DNA of 64,000 nt from an uncultured virus (IMG/VR IMGVR_UViG_3300042898_001580) (Duplodnaviria; Heunggongvirae; Uroviricota; Caudoviricetes; Crassvirales), in the IMG/VR virus record IMGVR_UViG_3300042898_001580, one strand, 5' to 3'. Both the position numbers and the translations under genes were made by a program. Of this stretch, positions 38,901 through 49,300 are shown in pieces; position 1 is the stretch's first letter; each line of letters starts with the position of its first letter. The notes under the pieces were generated by a model that saw only the letters and a list, made by a program, of their open reading frames with translations, was not told where the DNA came from and did no database searches.

Positions 38901-41900
38901 TTTTTCTTTTAAATCAGCTACAAAATGGCTAACTTCAGAGTTATATACACTAAACACTTCTAACTTCTTCATAAAGTCATCAGGCTTAGTATTTAGTAAA
39001 GTTCTTTCTATACCATTATATACAGTAGAAGGATTTAAGGCTCTTCTGTAAGTTACACCTAATTCATCTGTTACTTCAACAGAAGAAGAAGCTATTAACA
39101 GTCTTACATACTGAGATAGTGTAGGTAATCCAGTTACTTGCGAAGCTGTTTTATCATAATCCCTAAGAACTTCAGTTTCTTCTTTACTTAAAATTCTATC
39201 TTCAATATCTTGGTCTATGGATAATAAAAACTGTATCCTTGATTTTAGTTTTTCATACAAAGCTTTTTTAACATAGTCTTGTTCAAGTAATCCTGCATTC
39301 TTTTCATAGTATTCAGTAAAAGCTTCTCCTTCCAATGCAGATTCTTCTACTGCTTGCGCAAATTTAGCATAATGTATACCTACTGCTTTTTCAAAAGCTT
39401 GCTTTATAGTTAAATCTCCTTTTACTATTTCAGTAACCATTAAATGTTGTAGAGAACCTAATAAATTATTTTCTTCTTCACTACTTAATTTTTTAATTGA
39501 AGTATCATTAGTACCTGCAATTTTTACTTTCCTGTAAGGCAAAGCCATAAATAAAGGAGTTTTACTGCCTCTGCTTATAGGTCTATTTTTAAATTTACCG
39601 CTATCTATGTTATAGAATAAAGCATCTAAATTACCACCAAAATAATCTTTTATGCCATTGAAGAAATCTTTTATTCTTTGGAACATTTTGGCAAAGAAAC
39701 CATTAGGTTCTTTCTTACCTTGTTTCCAAGCCATAAATTTATCAGCTAGATATTCTTCCAGTAGTATTTTATCTAATTCAGCATCACTATAGTTTTGGTA
39801 TACAGGTCTTTGTGTCTTAAATTCAGCTCTTTGTTTAGCTGTAATCTTATGTTCTTTCTTAGCTATTTCTAAGTATTTGGCTCTTTCTTCTACACTAAAT
39901 AAACTCATTACACCATGAAATGCTTCGTGGTATTCTGTACCTGTTTGTGCAGCTTTATTAAGATATATTACATTATCCATAAAAGCACCAAAGGTAATAC
40001 CATTGTTACTTAGTCTAGCTGCAATAGCGTCTATATTAGCTACTTCAAAAGGTAATATACTTTTAAGGTAAGCAACTGTTTCATTATATTGTATAAGTTT
40101 AGTAGCAGGTATATCACTCACTGATAACATAGGGTCATCTCCATCTAAAGGTAACCTTTCAGCTTTTGCTTTTTCAATCTTAGAAAGAGGTTTTGTAGGA
40201 GCTTCTGTTTTAGTTTCAGCAACCTCTGTTATTAGCTTATCATACCTATCATATATTTCATTGTAGGCATCTGCTTGAGCTTTGTACTTAGCTTGTATTG
40301 CTTTTTCTTTAACAGCATTAACTTTTACAGCCTCTAAATAAGCTGCTTCAACTTCTTCTTTTGTGTTATGCTCACTTATTAATGAACCATCCACTTCATC
40401 AGATAATTCTAATTCAGTTATAACAGGTTTTCTTACTGTATTATATATTTCTTCTTTTTTTCTTTCTTCTATCCCCTCTAATACCTTGTCTTTATTAATT
40501 ACACCTCCAACTTTATAATCATCTATGTTAGGTATAATCTTTTTAACTTCTTCTTCTTCTGCTGCTCTGTACTCAGCTATTTTATCTCCTGTAACAACAG
40601 GTTCTTTTACAAACTCCTCAGCTTTAACTTTTTCTGCTTCAGCTTTATTTATAGTGACTTTTAAACCACCATTTTTAAAACCTACTGTAGCTCTTAGTGT
40701 TTGTTCATTACCTTTTATAGTACCTATCTTAAATAGTTCCTCATAAACCTTATCAATAGTTTTTATACCTGATTTACCATCAACTACTTTATCACTTTCT
40801 TTGTTACCTCTTTTAAATGATACTTCTCTTAAAGTAAATGTACCTTTATTAGATAAAGAAGCAAAAGTGTATTTCTTATCTTTTCTATTTTCTGCTACAA
40901 AGTACTTTTGTTTTACAGCATTATTTGCAAGGTCTAATTCTTCTTGTGATACAGTTTCTCCTGCTAAAATTCTTTTTTGTAGGGCTAAAACATCTTTGTA
41001 TATATCTGCAAACTCTGTTTTTAATAATGGAGTAGGTTGCATTGCAATCCATCTTTGTTCATACCCATTATTAACAAGTAGTAAATACCTATTAGTTTTC
41101 TTTAGCTTTTCAGGAATTGCAGGTAGTTTCTTAGGTAAGTTATCATTAACTGTATTTTCTAAGGCTGTATCATATATAACAAGCTCTCCATTATTTTTAA
41201 CTACTGTATAGGTATCTTCTATTTCAGCTAGTGTAGGGAAACCTTCTGTCAATACAAGGTACTCTCCTAAAGAAGGAGTTACTTGTAAAAATGGTAATTG
41301 AGCTAAAGTAAACTTACCTTCTTTATTTTCTAAGTTTTTATAGATTTCCAAGAGGTTGTTTCTCTCAGCATCTATCATATCAAAAGTTATTGGAGTTCCT
41401 TTAGGTTCATCCAGCTTAAAGTAGTTTTGTTTATCAGCTAAAGATAAATCACCCCAACCTTGCCCTGTAGCACTTATTATAATCTTATTAGGGTTAGGTA
41501 AATAACCTAATACTGTACCTTTGTAACTAAAAGTAATTCCTACTTTACTAGCAGCCCAAGTAACATATTCTCCTACAGTATCTGTCCCTTCGTAAGGAGA
41601 TATAGTAATAGTTAGACCTGCTAGCAGTTCTTTTAAAGGAGTTGTATTTAATACTTTCTGTGCAGCTGCTTTATCTTTTGCAGAGGTGGGGGGTATTAAT
41701 TTACCAAAGGTTCTAAACCCTATAGCTTCTTTTTTATTTTCAGGTACAACTACTTTTTGAGTAGCTGCTTTTTTAGCTTCCTCTTCTTCTTTTTTCTTTT
41801 TTTCTTCTTCAGCTTTTGCTAATCTTTCTCTTTCTGCTTCTTTAAAAGCTTTATCTTCCTCTTCAATTTTATCTGCTAACTCTTTTTCTAAAGTTTCTTT

Positions 41901-44273
41901 CTGGGCTTTTAAATCTTTTAGTTGTGCATTAATAACTTCTACTTGTGCTACATTTCCATCAGATTCTTCATAGAAAAGTTGCTCGTCTAATGCATCAATA
42001 GCATCATTTATTTCTTGTAAAGAAGCATTAGTTTGCCCTATTTCTCCAGTAACAGGCATTGGCTCTATAACAGTTCCTGGAGTACCTCCTATCATTGCTT
42101 CAGGAGTTAATGGAGTATTTGCAGCTTCTTCAGGAGTTTGTACAGGTTGAGGAGTAGCTTCAGTTGCAGCTTTTAAGGCTTCAGCAGCTTGTGCATCTGC
42201 TTCTGCTTTTAATCTATCTCTTTCTTCTTGAACTTTTTGAGCAGCAGCTTCAGCTTCTTTCTGTATTTTTTCAGGTTGTTCTATAGCTTCGTTATACTGC
42301 TTAATCATTTCTTCCCTACGTTCAGCTAACTTATATAAGTCTTTAGAAAGAGTTTCTAGTTTTGCTGCTTTATCAGGATTTTCTTCTTTTATAGAATCAA
42401 TATATTCTTGTACAGTATTACCATACTTTTCTTTATAATCATCAGAGTTCCTAAACTTCTCATAATCTATACCTTTTTTTACATACTCTTTCATGTATGG
42501 GCCATAGATAGAAGCTACCATTTTATTATCAGTAGTAGAAGTTAGCCCCATTATTTCTGAAGCTATATCTTTTTCTCTTTTATCTATATCTTCAAAGTTA
42601 GTTACAGCATCAAATATTGCATCAAATACTGGTCTATTCTGTGGGTATAAAGCGGGATTTAATTGGGGATTTCTATCTACTATTTGTTTATGTTTTTCAG
42701 AAACATCTTTTACAGTAGCTACTAATTGGTCTACTTTATTGTCTCTTTCAGTTTCTGTAAGTTCTTCTGTATAACCAAATACTCTTTTAAATTCTTCTAC
42801 ATCAGTACCTTTAAGAGCTTCAAACCTATCTATTAAAGTATCAGTACCTCCTGTTTCTTCAGCTTGTTTAGTGAGTCCTTTAACTACGTTGTAAGCTTCA
42901 TTCTTAAAACCAAACTTATCATTCTTTGCTGCGTATTGGTCTTGCATAGCAGAAGCATCTGCTGTTTGTGCAGAGTTATCAAATAGTCTTTTTAATCTAG
43001 GTACTACAGTTGAATTTTCAAAAGTAGCATAAGCATCAGCTGCTTTTTTATTATCTCCCCTTTCTGAAGTAAATACACTTGTTGGCCCACCTAATATACC
43101 ACCAAGAAATATAGATTCCAAACCTTCCTTAGTACCAAGGTTATTTATAGTTTCTCCTACAATAGATGAAACTAAGTTACTGTACTCTCTAGCACTATTA
43201 GAGTATTGTCCTAAGTAAAACTTCTTTGTGCCTTCTGAAACACCTAATTGAGCTAGCTCTTGGCCACCTTCTGTAAGAAAACCTTTACCAAAATCTACTC
43301 CTATTCCTAGTAGTTTAGAACCCTCTACTGCTGTAGCTTCTCCTAATTTACCTGCTGTATTTAATACTTTCCTTGTTTGACGTAAATCAGGGAATAGTGC
43401 TTTACCAAATAAAGCTACATCAGAACCTGCTATTATAGGCAAATTAAAAGCGTATGTAGTATTACCTGTTGCTACAGATATATCCATTAACTCTTCATCA
43501 GATTTACCTGCTAAAAATGGATCTCCTGCGTTTCTTTTAGCTACTAGATCATCAAACATTGTATCACGTACATCTCTAGCTTCTACTGCTGCTTCACCAT
43601 GTGCCATAAATCCAGCCATAGCTAACTGTTTAGCAGGATTAGCAAATTTAGCTAACTTACTACCTTGTTGTCCTAATGCAGTAGCTTCTGTACCTAATCC
43701 TACTTTATTTAAAGTACTAGCAGCTTTAGCTCCTTTACCTAGAGTTTTAAATAACATTCCTAAGCCTCTACCCCCAAAGTAAGCACCTGCTAAATATCCA
43801 GCACCATTTAAAGCTTTATCAGCCCAAAAGTTAGTTGTACCTAAAGATTCTAGGAAACCCATTTCTTGTTGAGCCTTAGTATAGTATATAGGAGCAGCTT
43901 CTGCAAGAGATTCATTTAAATCACTAAACAACTCTCCAACAGGGCCACTAGCCATATCTCCATTTATAACACCTATAGTTAAATCTAAAGGAGCTGCTAT
44001 AATCTCTGAAGCACTACCTATTGCTGTACCTAAAGCACGTATTGTACCATTAGCCCATTTATCAGCTTTTGATTGTCTTAAGCCTAATATTTCTTGGGCA
44101 TCATCATTTGGGTATAAAACAGCATCTGTAGAACGATATTTATCTTCTACGGTTTCTATTGCTGAAATTTCATTAGGGTCTCTTATATATTCTTGTGGGC
44201 TTGTTATTTCTTGTACTTCTGGTATATTTTGAGTACTTAATTTTTTTGCTGATAGTTTTATTGGTGGCCTCAT
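32973..44273 (-). CDS. Virion-packaged DNA-dependent RNA polymerase (crAss-like, phi14:2 gp66-type)
   Basis: 3766 aa; GYRIPT...GADFDIDSL catalytic motif (35961-35975), DGQAY, AMTDNAKDP; zincin YHEAFH. Confidence 0.9.
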   Translation of the reverse strand: MRPPIKLSAKKLSTQNIPEVQEITSPQEYIRDPNEISAIETVEDKYRSTDAVLYPNDDAQEILGLRQSKADKWANGTIRALGTAIGSASEIIAAPLDLTIGVINGDMASGPVGELFSDLNESLAEAAPIYYTKAQQEMGFLESLGTTNFWADKALNGAGYLAGAYFGGRGLGMLFKTLGKGAKAASTLNKVGLGTEATALGQQGSKLAKFANPAKQLAMAGFMAHGEAAVEARDVRDTMFDDLVAKRNAGDPFLAGKSDEELMDISVATGNTTYAFNLPIIAGSDVALFGKALFPDLRQTRKVLNTAGKLGEATAVEGSKLLGIGVDFGKGFLTEGGQELAQLGVSEGTKKFYLGQYSNSAREYSNLVSSIVGETINNLGTKEGLESIFLGGILGGPTSVFTSERGDNKKAADAYATFENSTVVPRLKRLFDNSAQTADASAMQDQYAAKNDKFGFKNEAYNVVKGLTKQAEETGGTDTLIDRFEALKGTDVEEFKRVFGYTEELTETERDNKVDQLVATVKDVSEKHKQIVDRNPQLNPALYPQNRPVFDAIFDAVTNFEDIDKREKDIASEIMGLTSTTDNKMVASIYGPYMKEYVKKGIDYEKFRNSDDYKEKYGNTVQEYIDSIKEENPDKAAKLETLSKDLYKLAERREEMIKQYNEAIEQPEKIQKEAEAAAQKVQEERDRLKAEADAQAAEALKAATEATPQPVQTPEEAANTPLTPEAMIGGTPGTVIEPMPVTGEIGQTNASLQEINDAIDALDEQLFYEESDGNVAQVEVINAQLKDLKAQKETLEKELADKIEEEDKAFKEAERERLAKAEEEKKKKEEEEAKKAATQKVVVPENKKEAIGFRTFGKLIPPTSAKDKAAAQKVLNTTPLKELLAGLTITISPYEGTDTVGEYVTWAASKVGITFSYKGTVLGYLPNPNKIIISATGQGWGDLSLADKQNYFKLDEPKGTPITFDMIDAERNNLLEIYKNLENKEGKFTLAQLPFLQVTPSLGEYLVLTEGFPTLAEIEDTYTVVKNNGELVIYDTALENTVNDNLPKKLPAIPEKLKKTNRYLLLVNNGYEQRWIAMQPTPLLKTEFADIYKDVLALQKRILAGETVSQEELDLANNAVKQKYFVAENRKDKKYTFASLSNKGTFTLREVSFKRGNKESDKVVDGKSGIKTIDKVYEELFKIGTIKGNEQTLRATVGFKNGGLKVTINKAEAEKVKAEEFVKEPVVTGDKIAEYRAAEEEEVKKIIPNIDDYKVGGVINKDKVLEGIEERKKEEIYNTVRKPVITELELSDEVDGSLISEHNTKEEVEAAYLEAVKVNAVKEKAIQAKYKAQADAYNEIYDRYDKLITEVAETKTEAPTKPLSKIEKAKAERLPLDGDDPMLSVSDIPATKLIQYNETVAYLKSILPFEVANIDAIAARLSNNGITFGAFMDNVIYLNKAAQTGTEYHEAFHGVMSLFSVEERAKYLEIAKKEHKITAKQRAEFKTQRPVYQNYSDAELDKILLEEYLADKFMAWKQGKKEPNGFFAKMFQRIKDFFNGIKDYFGGNLDALFYNIDSGKFKNRPISRGSKTPLFMALPYRKVKIAGTNDTSIKKLSSEEENNLLGSLQHLMVTEIVKGDLTIKQAFEKAVGIHYAKFAQAVEESALEGEAFTEYYEKNAGLLEQDYVKKALYEKLKSRIQFLLSIDQDIEDRILSKEETEVLRDYDKTASQVTGLPTLSQYVRLLIASSSVEVTDELGVTYRRALNPSTVYNGIERTLLNTKPDDFMKKLEVFSVYNSEVSHFVADLKEKLNWNSEANAPGLDNKGEVKNEHIWNAFQQAFYKFKTGSLMTRLNPATGEAKVSSSNFKDVDTQQVERWKVGFKNFMDKKYHTISMEPFISLKVTDGFSDEELEDAVREVKMSLDEIGIKLSPLYIQYSILKNKKELTPAQENLMELYENFYGLNGSDGETLRNIVGFVNEQLDPFKEGDEGALARLKNMAMENAYFDETAGTSTFQNAENQLVSDNQIGSFFLKRVAQLQNKQARSENQEEFTEFYSNQEDSWMVPLHFIATQDNPLYKEEVTFDRAFRFENIDGIRAEETTDEGKETGDKKEGVVFKNMTPLEKMLTFFSLYNTTKYKTVKVGKETKKIPYAYYYPQVIETASTGYAILLPVNPYLVGGKYSKEFYADMFSFIKNEHIRIKYLLDNKVPAVKNFTTGQKNGYKFFTNNYLSEAVQAELKSLATLDDISESLYNRIKEDIDKYVEKDFQLTMANLVKEGVVTLKKGEYVTGLLPSEFTDKNKVNLDKIRSMQLNYLVNGQAFNTLLHGDLAYKVKNPEDHVKRLKGANGAFNSMFGETVRVKIIPDIVKNKEVFVENGKKVFKEVEEATKKNEHNLADGQAYNSLDFTIRRLFKLGKTSPKVMAILSKVEEGLPLTREELESLEAADCLLNPKKDLAYGLNMYLKMSTLPLIRELTSYKVNGKWEALPGREKEHNILEDMLANNIDLVGHESVSKGTTIIDEVREINGDYYGEQVSTKGVKTKITDGTQHLALIWSELPHSLQNLVEQLDEKDQERIIQSTEYALSLLKDKDGVSTLSKVLPDWYDGLVATGASPQLLDIFRPNASGNPSLNPNIAISIDKFTAMYLAHWSNNALKQKVAGAKFTLVSPMKVIVHEGKVVRAEQFKANFEAYEGYDTRDLAWNTETTKDGKTILHSEAIVSSYYKELYGLKVGDEIPEDLAYMMGYRIPTDDKSSMTVLKIVDFLPAIYGNAIMVPEEVQFLSGADFDIDSLFVQKYDIYEKDGKFYKYGSATTTEGQFEEFINWAKKETDIESYQKSLLDDNKEYQSLLETEKDIKEQIEAKNEKLVEVNDFITTSLYEESEKEAIRSFVIDTKRSLIEQIKQVQERKKEVQANKLASALRYYGMPASKTAFKAKYPDGKFKAVLNNEMLSIKIEMLGNPTVQNTLAFEKTSNEILTEAEELLTKDFPEIFTAGKNSLGFFSFNDLSVAMANNDAGSDGIGPVAVFNVIYQYLAKVNATLAPNITFTTKSKDFVYKHVQFRGTSFKDTGRYTQGVKRIVRSISALINAMTDNAKDPVAGRLNLNLETLGPVCMMIGTGVPLKLALKIINSPKVKEVISEILNASSNFISETQYSIVQKAESEVAYLNAEENPLPLVEEQLDEYLRGKEEGDVANIALNVYLKARKASQYSMLAKDILNLRKGVPANFTEVDKIYKSYTTLSEALGGDIMGLGRILEVGPIKASTQALEELKSTATTLFISQNPKFKKTLAAVEQQTLGINKPDVASRLGKDFNSFVSLSIFRKYLEDTKAGKTKKYNAKFLDPFIQAFTKEALFETKLVKEVQNLQRNAKSLGLENNRFLRYISAKEREKKYQVDKIEGNTRQLRNPDYQEELINSFDDLYANPKSRDTAVKLVAYILLKDGARYKNNSFQSEIPAYMFTIYSDALDYFTKNPDFVDTTKIADEFIKIWSLNKSNSNTLYYLPAKVNGKENPVFSEGKKQGVFAQAPETITLNDTRAESKEGNMTNRVMANYNFKLVDKMYVPNPFIKSGYFPYVLQKVDGKVITDLSNIPSGTKFEYVSAEKAFGVTSLNAYSKGTSAYSFPLNEALELYGRKKNVKIESPSFGEEEDEWADVIDPRVESMSTTEDVSNSWIEQQQLEESQAKVVTKEEYKEIKEAETTSEDKVVSLVKSPMAQLASYFVKLNEDWTNEQEGIFSYEFTKGVDPRVEQLVTDAEQAGSITPTQLIKKIKEADTENIFNKTALC

Positions 44274-46390
44274 TCTACTAATGAAAGTTTAATATCGTTT
44301 AATGAATTAAAATAATTTGTATTACCGTTACTTTCTGTCATGTATTTGCTCCCTGTCTTTGTAATAGTAATAGAAGTTCCGTCTATATTTAATGTAGTTT
44401 GTCCTGTTAAATCTACATCATTTATCTTTTTAAGATTACCCGAAAGGTACAAAGAATTATTTACTAAACCTAAAGTAGCTTGGTCAGCAACAGCTTTATC
44501 AGGACTATTTGCTAGTTTCATTAAAGCATTATTTGTAGTGTTTATAAAGTTATCGTCTAGAATTACTTTTTGTTCAAGACTACGTTTATTTCCATCTACA
44601 TCTTCTACTTCTATTGTTAGATAAGCATTTCCCTGACTATCATATTTAATAACATCACTTGATACATTGGCGGATTTTACTTTAAATCCTTGGTCTTTTA
44701 ACCTTTCAAATAATTTTTGAGGTACTCCGCCTTTACCTTCTACTTTTAATTCTCCTGTTTCCACTCTATTTTTAATTACATCAAAATCTTTTTTCTCTTG
44801 AGATTTTGGAGCAATGTTCATAGTTAATGTAGGAATTACTTTATTTTGCTCTCCTGTATAAAAATCTTTCTTATAGTTATCTAGGGAACCTTGTAAATAT
44901 TTATTACCGCTTTTAAATATATCAAAATCTCCTATATCTTCAGGATTATCTGCTTGTTTTAGTTTATTTAAATTATTAGCTTTCCAATATGTAATTTCTT
45001 TAAGTTCTTTTTCTTTTTGTAATGGAGTTAAAGAACTATCATTTATAATACTGTTTCTAGCTCTATCATAGATAGTATTATTAATATAATTAAATTTATC
45101 TTGTACTTCACCTAATCCTTTATCTAGTATATTTATTTGATTTTGAGAGTCTTCTATTTTGTTAATTAACTCTAATGCTCTTGTTTTAACTCCTGGAGAA
45201 GCAATTCGTTGGGCTGCTTGTCTTAAAGTAGCAGCATTTTGTGCAGCAGATTTTGAAGGATCATATAAATTAACTAGATTACCTAAATTTTCTTTGTTCA
45301 TTGCAGATAAAGCATTATTACGAGCAGTAGCTAAATCATCTCTTGAGATAGATAGAGTTTTATAATCTTTTCTTAAGTTAAATCCAGTAACTTCTTTTTC
45401 TCCTAAATAACTTCCAGTAGTAGCAGTCGAAATATTTTCATTTGCTAAATCTGCTCTATCTTTTGCAGTTTGTACTCCTGTATATGTTTTAGAAGATTCC
45501 GTAGATTTCTGTTTATACGGATACAATAAAGAACGTACAAATCCTATTGCATTTTTAGTACTTTTATCTACATCTTCTGGGATTATTCCTTTACTAAAAT
45601 TTTCATAACCAGTATATAACCCCATTGGTTGAGCATTTTTAAAATATCTTGCATGTGGAGTATTACCCTTTTGAAGTTCTTGCCCTACTGTAATTAAAGT
45701 GTCTCTAACCCAAGGTGTATTTTCGTCTAATGAAATAGTTTTTCCACTTTTTGTCATTGCCTGTAATCCACCTGAACCATCTTCTACTAAATTAACTATA
45801 TCTTCACCTGTTCTTTGTGTTGCTTCAGCTTTTAATTTATCTAAATACTCATCTTTTACATACTTAGCAACGTCTTGAGAGGCTGTATAATTATACCAAT
45901 CTTCTGGGGTTGTATCTACCTCACCTGAAGTAAGTTGTTCATAAGTGTATTTATTTAATTTGGGGCCTTCAGGAGTATAAGTATATAAATCTCGATAAGC
46001 AGGTAATTCTCCTTTTGCTTCAAACTCTCTCATTTGTTTCCTAACATCTTTAGAAGCAGCTTCATCTGCTTTTATAGCTTGGTAACCTTTATCTGATGCA
46101 AGTCTTTTTTGAAGTATTGATAATTTTCTAGCGGCTTCTTGTGGATTAGCTATTGCTTCTTTAGCTATTTTATCTACTTCAGGAGCATATTTTTCATATA
46201 CTTTTTTTCCCTCTCCCTGAGTTCTAATGCCTCCTTGGGGGTTAAGTAAATCAGTTAAGGCATCTTCTTTAGTTCTATAAGTATCTAAAGACTTTTGTTT
46301 AACGTCCAATGCCTTTGACATAAAATCCAAAGGCATTTCCTGAAAATCTGATGCTATAGGAGCACCTGTTATATCTATGTATCTACCCAT
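44270..46390 (-). CDS. Putative virion cargo or ejection protein
   Basis: 706 aa, helical, between cargo gene and RNAP as in crAss-like gene order. Confidence 0.65.
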   Translation of the reverse strand: MGRYIDITGAPIASDFQEMPLDFMSKALDVKQKSLDTYRTKEDALTDLLNPQGGIRTQGEGKKVYEKYAPEVDKIAKEAIANPQEAARKLSILQKRLASDKGYQAIKADEAASKDVRKQMREFEAKGELPAYRDLYTYTPEGPKLNKYTYEQLTSGEVDTTPEDWYNYTASQDVAKYVKDEYLDKLKAEATQRTGEDIVNLVEDGSGGLQAMTKSGKTISLDENTPWVRDTLITVGQELQKGNTPHARYFKNAQPMGLYTGYENFSKGIIPEDVDKSTKNAIGFVRSLLYPYKQKSTESSKTYTGVQTAKDRADLANENISTATTGSYLGEKEVTGFNLRKDYKTLSISRDDLATARNNALSAMNKENLGNLVNLYDPSKSAAQNAATLRQAAQRIASPGVKTRALELINKIEDSQNQINILDKGLGEVQDKFNYINNTIYDRARNSIINDSSLTPLQKEKELKEITYWKANNLNKLKQADNPEDIGDFDIFKSGNKYLQGSLDNYKKDFYTGEQNKVIPTLTMNIAPKSQEKKDFDVIKNRVETGELKVEGKGGVPQKLFERLKDQGFKVKSANVSSDVIKYDSQGNAYLTIEVEDVDGNKRSLEQKVILDDNFINTTNNALMKLANSPDKAVADQATLGLVNNSLYLSGNLKKINDVDLTGQTTLNIDGTSITITKTGSKYMTESNGNTNYFNSLNDIKLSLVE

Positions 46391-46391
46391 G

Positions 46392-49300
46392 TTACTTTGT
46401 AGTAGGAACTATTGTTAATTTACCATTAGCATCAAAGCCTATTTGATAATCTCCTGATTTAAGTAAATCAAGTACTTGATTCTGATAGTTATTAGCATGT
46501 ACATCAGTTGCAAACCTTTGTTGGTTAGCACCTATAACACTATCTAATATTTTATTGTATTGGTTTAATCTGTTATCTCTAAAAGTTTCTTTAGCTAAGT
46601 TATTAGCAGCAGTTATTTGTTGGTTTAATTGAGCTTCTTGATTACCTATACCTACATTCTGTGTATCGTATTGTTGTCTAATACCACCAATAGTACCTGC
46701 TAGCTTGTTAGCTGCACTACTACCCATAAGTGAAGCATTAGTAAGGTATTGACCTGAAGATGTAGCATTGTTTCTTATAATGTCTTTAGTACCTTGTATT
46801 TCTCTACGTCCTTCTTGCATAGCCAATCTTTCAGCAGGATTAGCATTCATTCTGCCAAACTTAACTGAAGGGTTATATATAGGAGGTTTACTTGTAGCTA
46901 CCATACCTGCTTTAACTAAATTTCCTGCTAAGTTAGTTAAATATCCTGTATTTCCAACTTCTGGGTATGGATTTTGTGCAGCACCACTAGACCTATCAAA
47001 AGCATTACCTTGTTTTTGCCCCATAAAATTAGCTTCAGTATTAGGACTTATAACTTCAAATGGGTTTCTAGCATTTACAAGATTACTAATATAAGGATCT
47101 TCTATTGCATTTAGCCTTCCTTGTAAATCTGTGCTGCTTTCATTAAAATCAGAGGCATCATATATTGTTTGATCCATTTCAGGAATATATCCTAAGTCTG
47201 CAAGATTATTAGCCCCTTGTCTAACATTAGGGTCATTTAAAGGATTCCCACCCCAAGCATACATATTACCACCCATAGCTTTTTTACCTCCAAAGTTTCT
47301 AGCAAAGTTGGCTCTCTTAACTTGAGTACTAGAATAATCTTCTTTATTAGCTAATACGTGGCTTGCAAATTCTTGTACACCCATTCCTGCTCTGTTTGCA
47401 GAAGCTGTAAATTTACCTCTGTTTTCAGGTTTAATATGTATAGAACCACCATGAGCATACTGATTATCTAAATCAGCAGGATTATAATATTGAGGAGTAG
47501 GTTCCATAAAGTTACTCATTAATCCGCCCATAGCTAACAGAGTATTCTGACCATTAGTAACATTCATAGATTGACTTATAGGGCCAAGTATTGTACCCCC
47601 CATAGCCATTGCTTTCTGCATATACTTAGTAGACATTTCATCTTTCTGAGCTTCTTGTTGCATAGCTAATCTATCTAAATCCATCTGTTTAGCTTCTTTA
47701 GAAAGCTTATCATCAGGACGTAACCTGTATTTAGTATCTACAGATTTAGATAGTTGTGCATAAGTCTTTTTACTTCCTTTAGGTTTTAACCTATCAGAAA
47801 ATACAAAGTCATTATTTATAGTTTCACCTTGCTCTACTAAAGCATTAGGGCCTATAGGTACTCCACCTAAAGCATTTTGTTCGTGTGTACCACCTTCATT
47901 GATGTGCATTAAGCCACCTTGTTTATAGCTCATTTGTGCTCCCATAGCTGATAATTTTTCTAAGCCTCCACCTGAAGGCATTAAACCTGTTAAACTACTT
48001 AATCCAGAAATAGCATTACCTATTCCTTGTGTATCTTCATTTATATTTCCTACTCCTTGACCTAAGCCTTTTATACCTTGATTTACAGCAGTCATACCAC
48101 TTGCAGGATTTACTGCTGCACCTATTGCAGCTCCTCCTATATTACCAAAGCCATGAATCATATCTTGCTGTCTCACTTGAGAAGCATCAGAACCACCTAA
48201 CTTCTGTAATCCTTTGTATGCTGCATCTGTAAGTTTATCAGTAGCACCCATAGTAACAGTATCTAATGTACCTTCTAATACACCAAAAGCACCTGCACCT
48301 ATATCTTTCCATACTTCTCCATCAGGTGCATCACTACCCATTCTCATCTTACCTTGGTTAAGCATCTGAGCTTGGTTCATTCTACCACCCATAGCGTGAG
48401 TAGCCTTTCTTATAGTTACATTAGAATTTGTTTTAGCAGCTTTACTACCAGTTCTTGTTGTGGGGTTTATATCTATTATTCTTTCATCAGTTACTGCGTT
48501 TAGTGCTGCGTCTATTGGTACTTTTATATATTTATATGCAACCTTCATTCCTGGTTTTGCTAATTTTACTTCGTTTGCAAAAGGTAGCATAGAGCCTACT
48601 TCATAAGCTGCACTAACACCATTACCTTTTGTTGGATTTTTTGAGTACTGGTGTAAAGCAGCTGAAGCGTCATTAGCTGAAGGGATCATTCCTAAACCAG
48701 GAACATATTCTAAATTATTTTCTAAATCAGAATCTAAGGCAGGGTTTCTATAATTCCAATAACCATCATTTATATACTCTTGTGGAGCAGAAGAATATTG
48801 TTTAAGCCCTGATTTTAAATATGGAGTATCTGGTATATATTGCTGCCCCACCGCATTATCTATTTCTCCACCATCAGCCCAAGTCTTTCTAGCAAATGCT
48901 CTAAAGTAAGGATTACCTGCTAAGTTCTTTTTATGTCTAGCATAGAAAGCTTTCTTTCTTGCAGGGTCATTAGGATGTTGGCCTAACTTACTATCTCCAA
49001 AGTATTTCTTTGTTCCATCAGGGCCTGTAACTACGTGAGTTTTGCCTTTCCTTTCACTAGACCTTTTAACTACATATCCACCTTTACCATACATATCTGG
49101 CATTTCTCCACCATACATATATTCAGCTTTAATCTTAGCTTCTTGTTCTAACATTTCTTTTGTAGGTTCTTTACCTGAACCTTTGTTAGCTCTGATGTTA
49201 TTCCAAAGAGAATTTTTTACTCCTAGTTTATTTAGTTTTCCACCCATAGCATAATCAGTATTTTCTAGTTTAGTACCTCCTTGTACAGAGCTACCCATAA

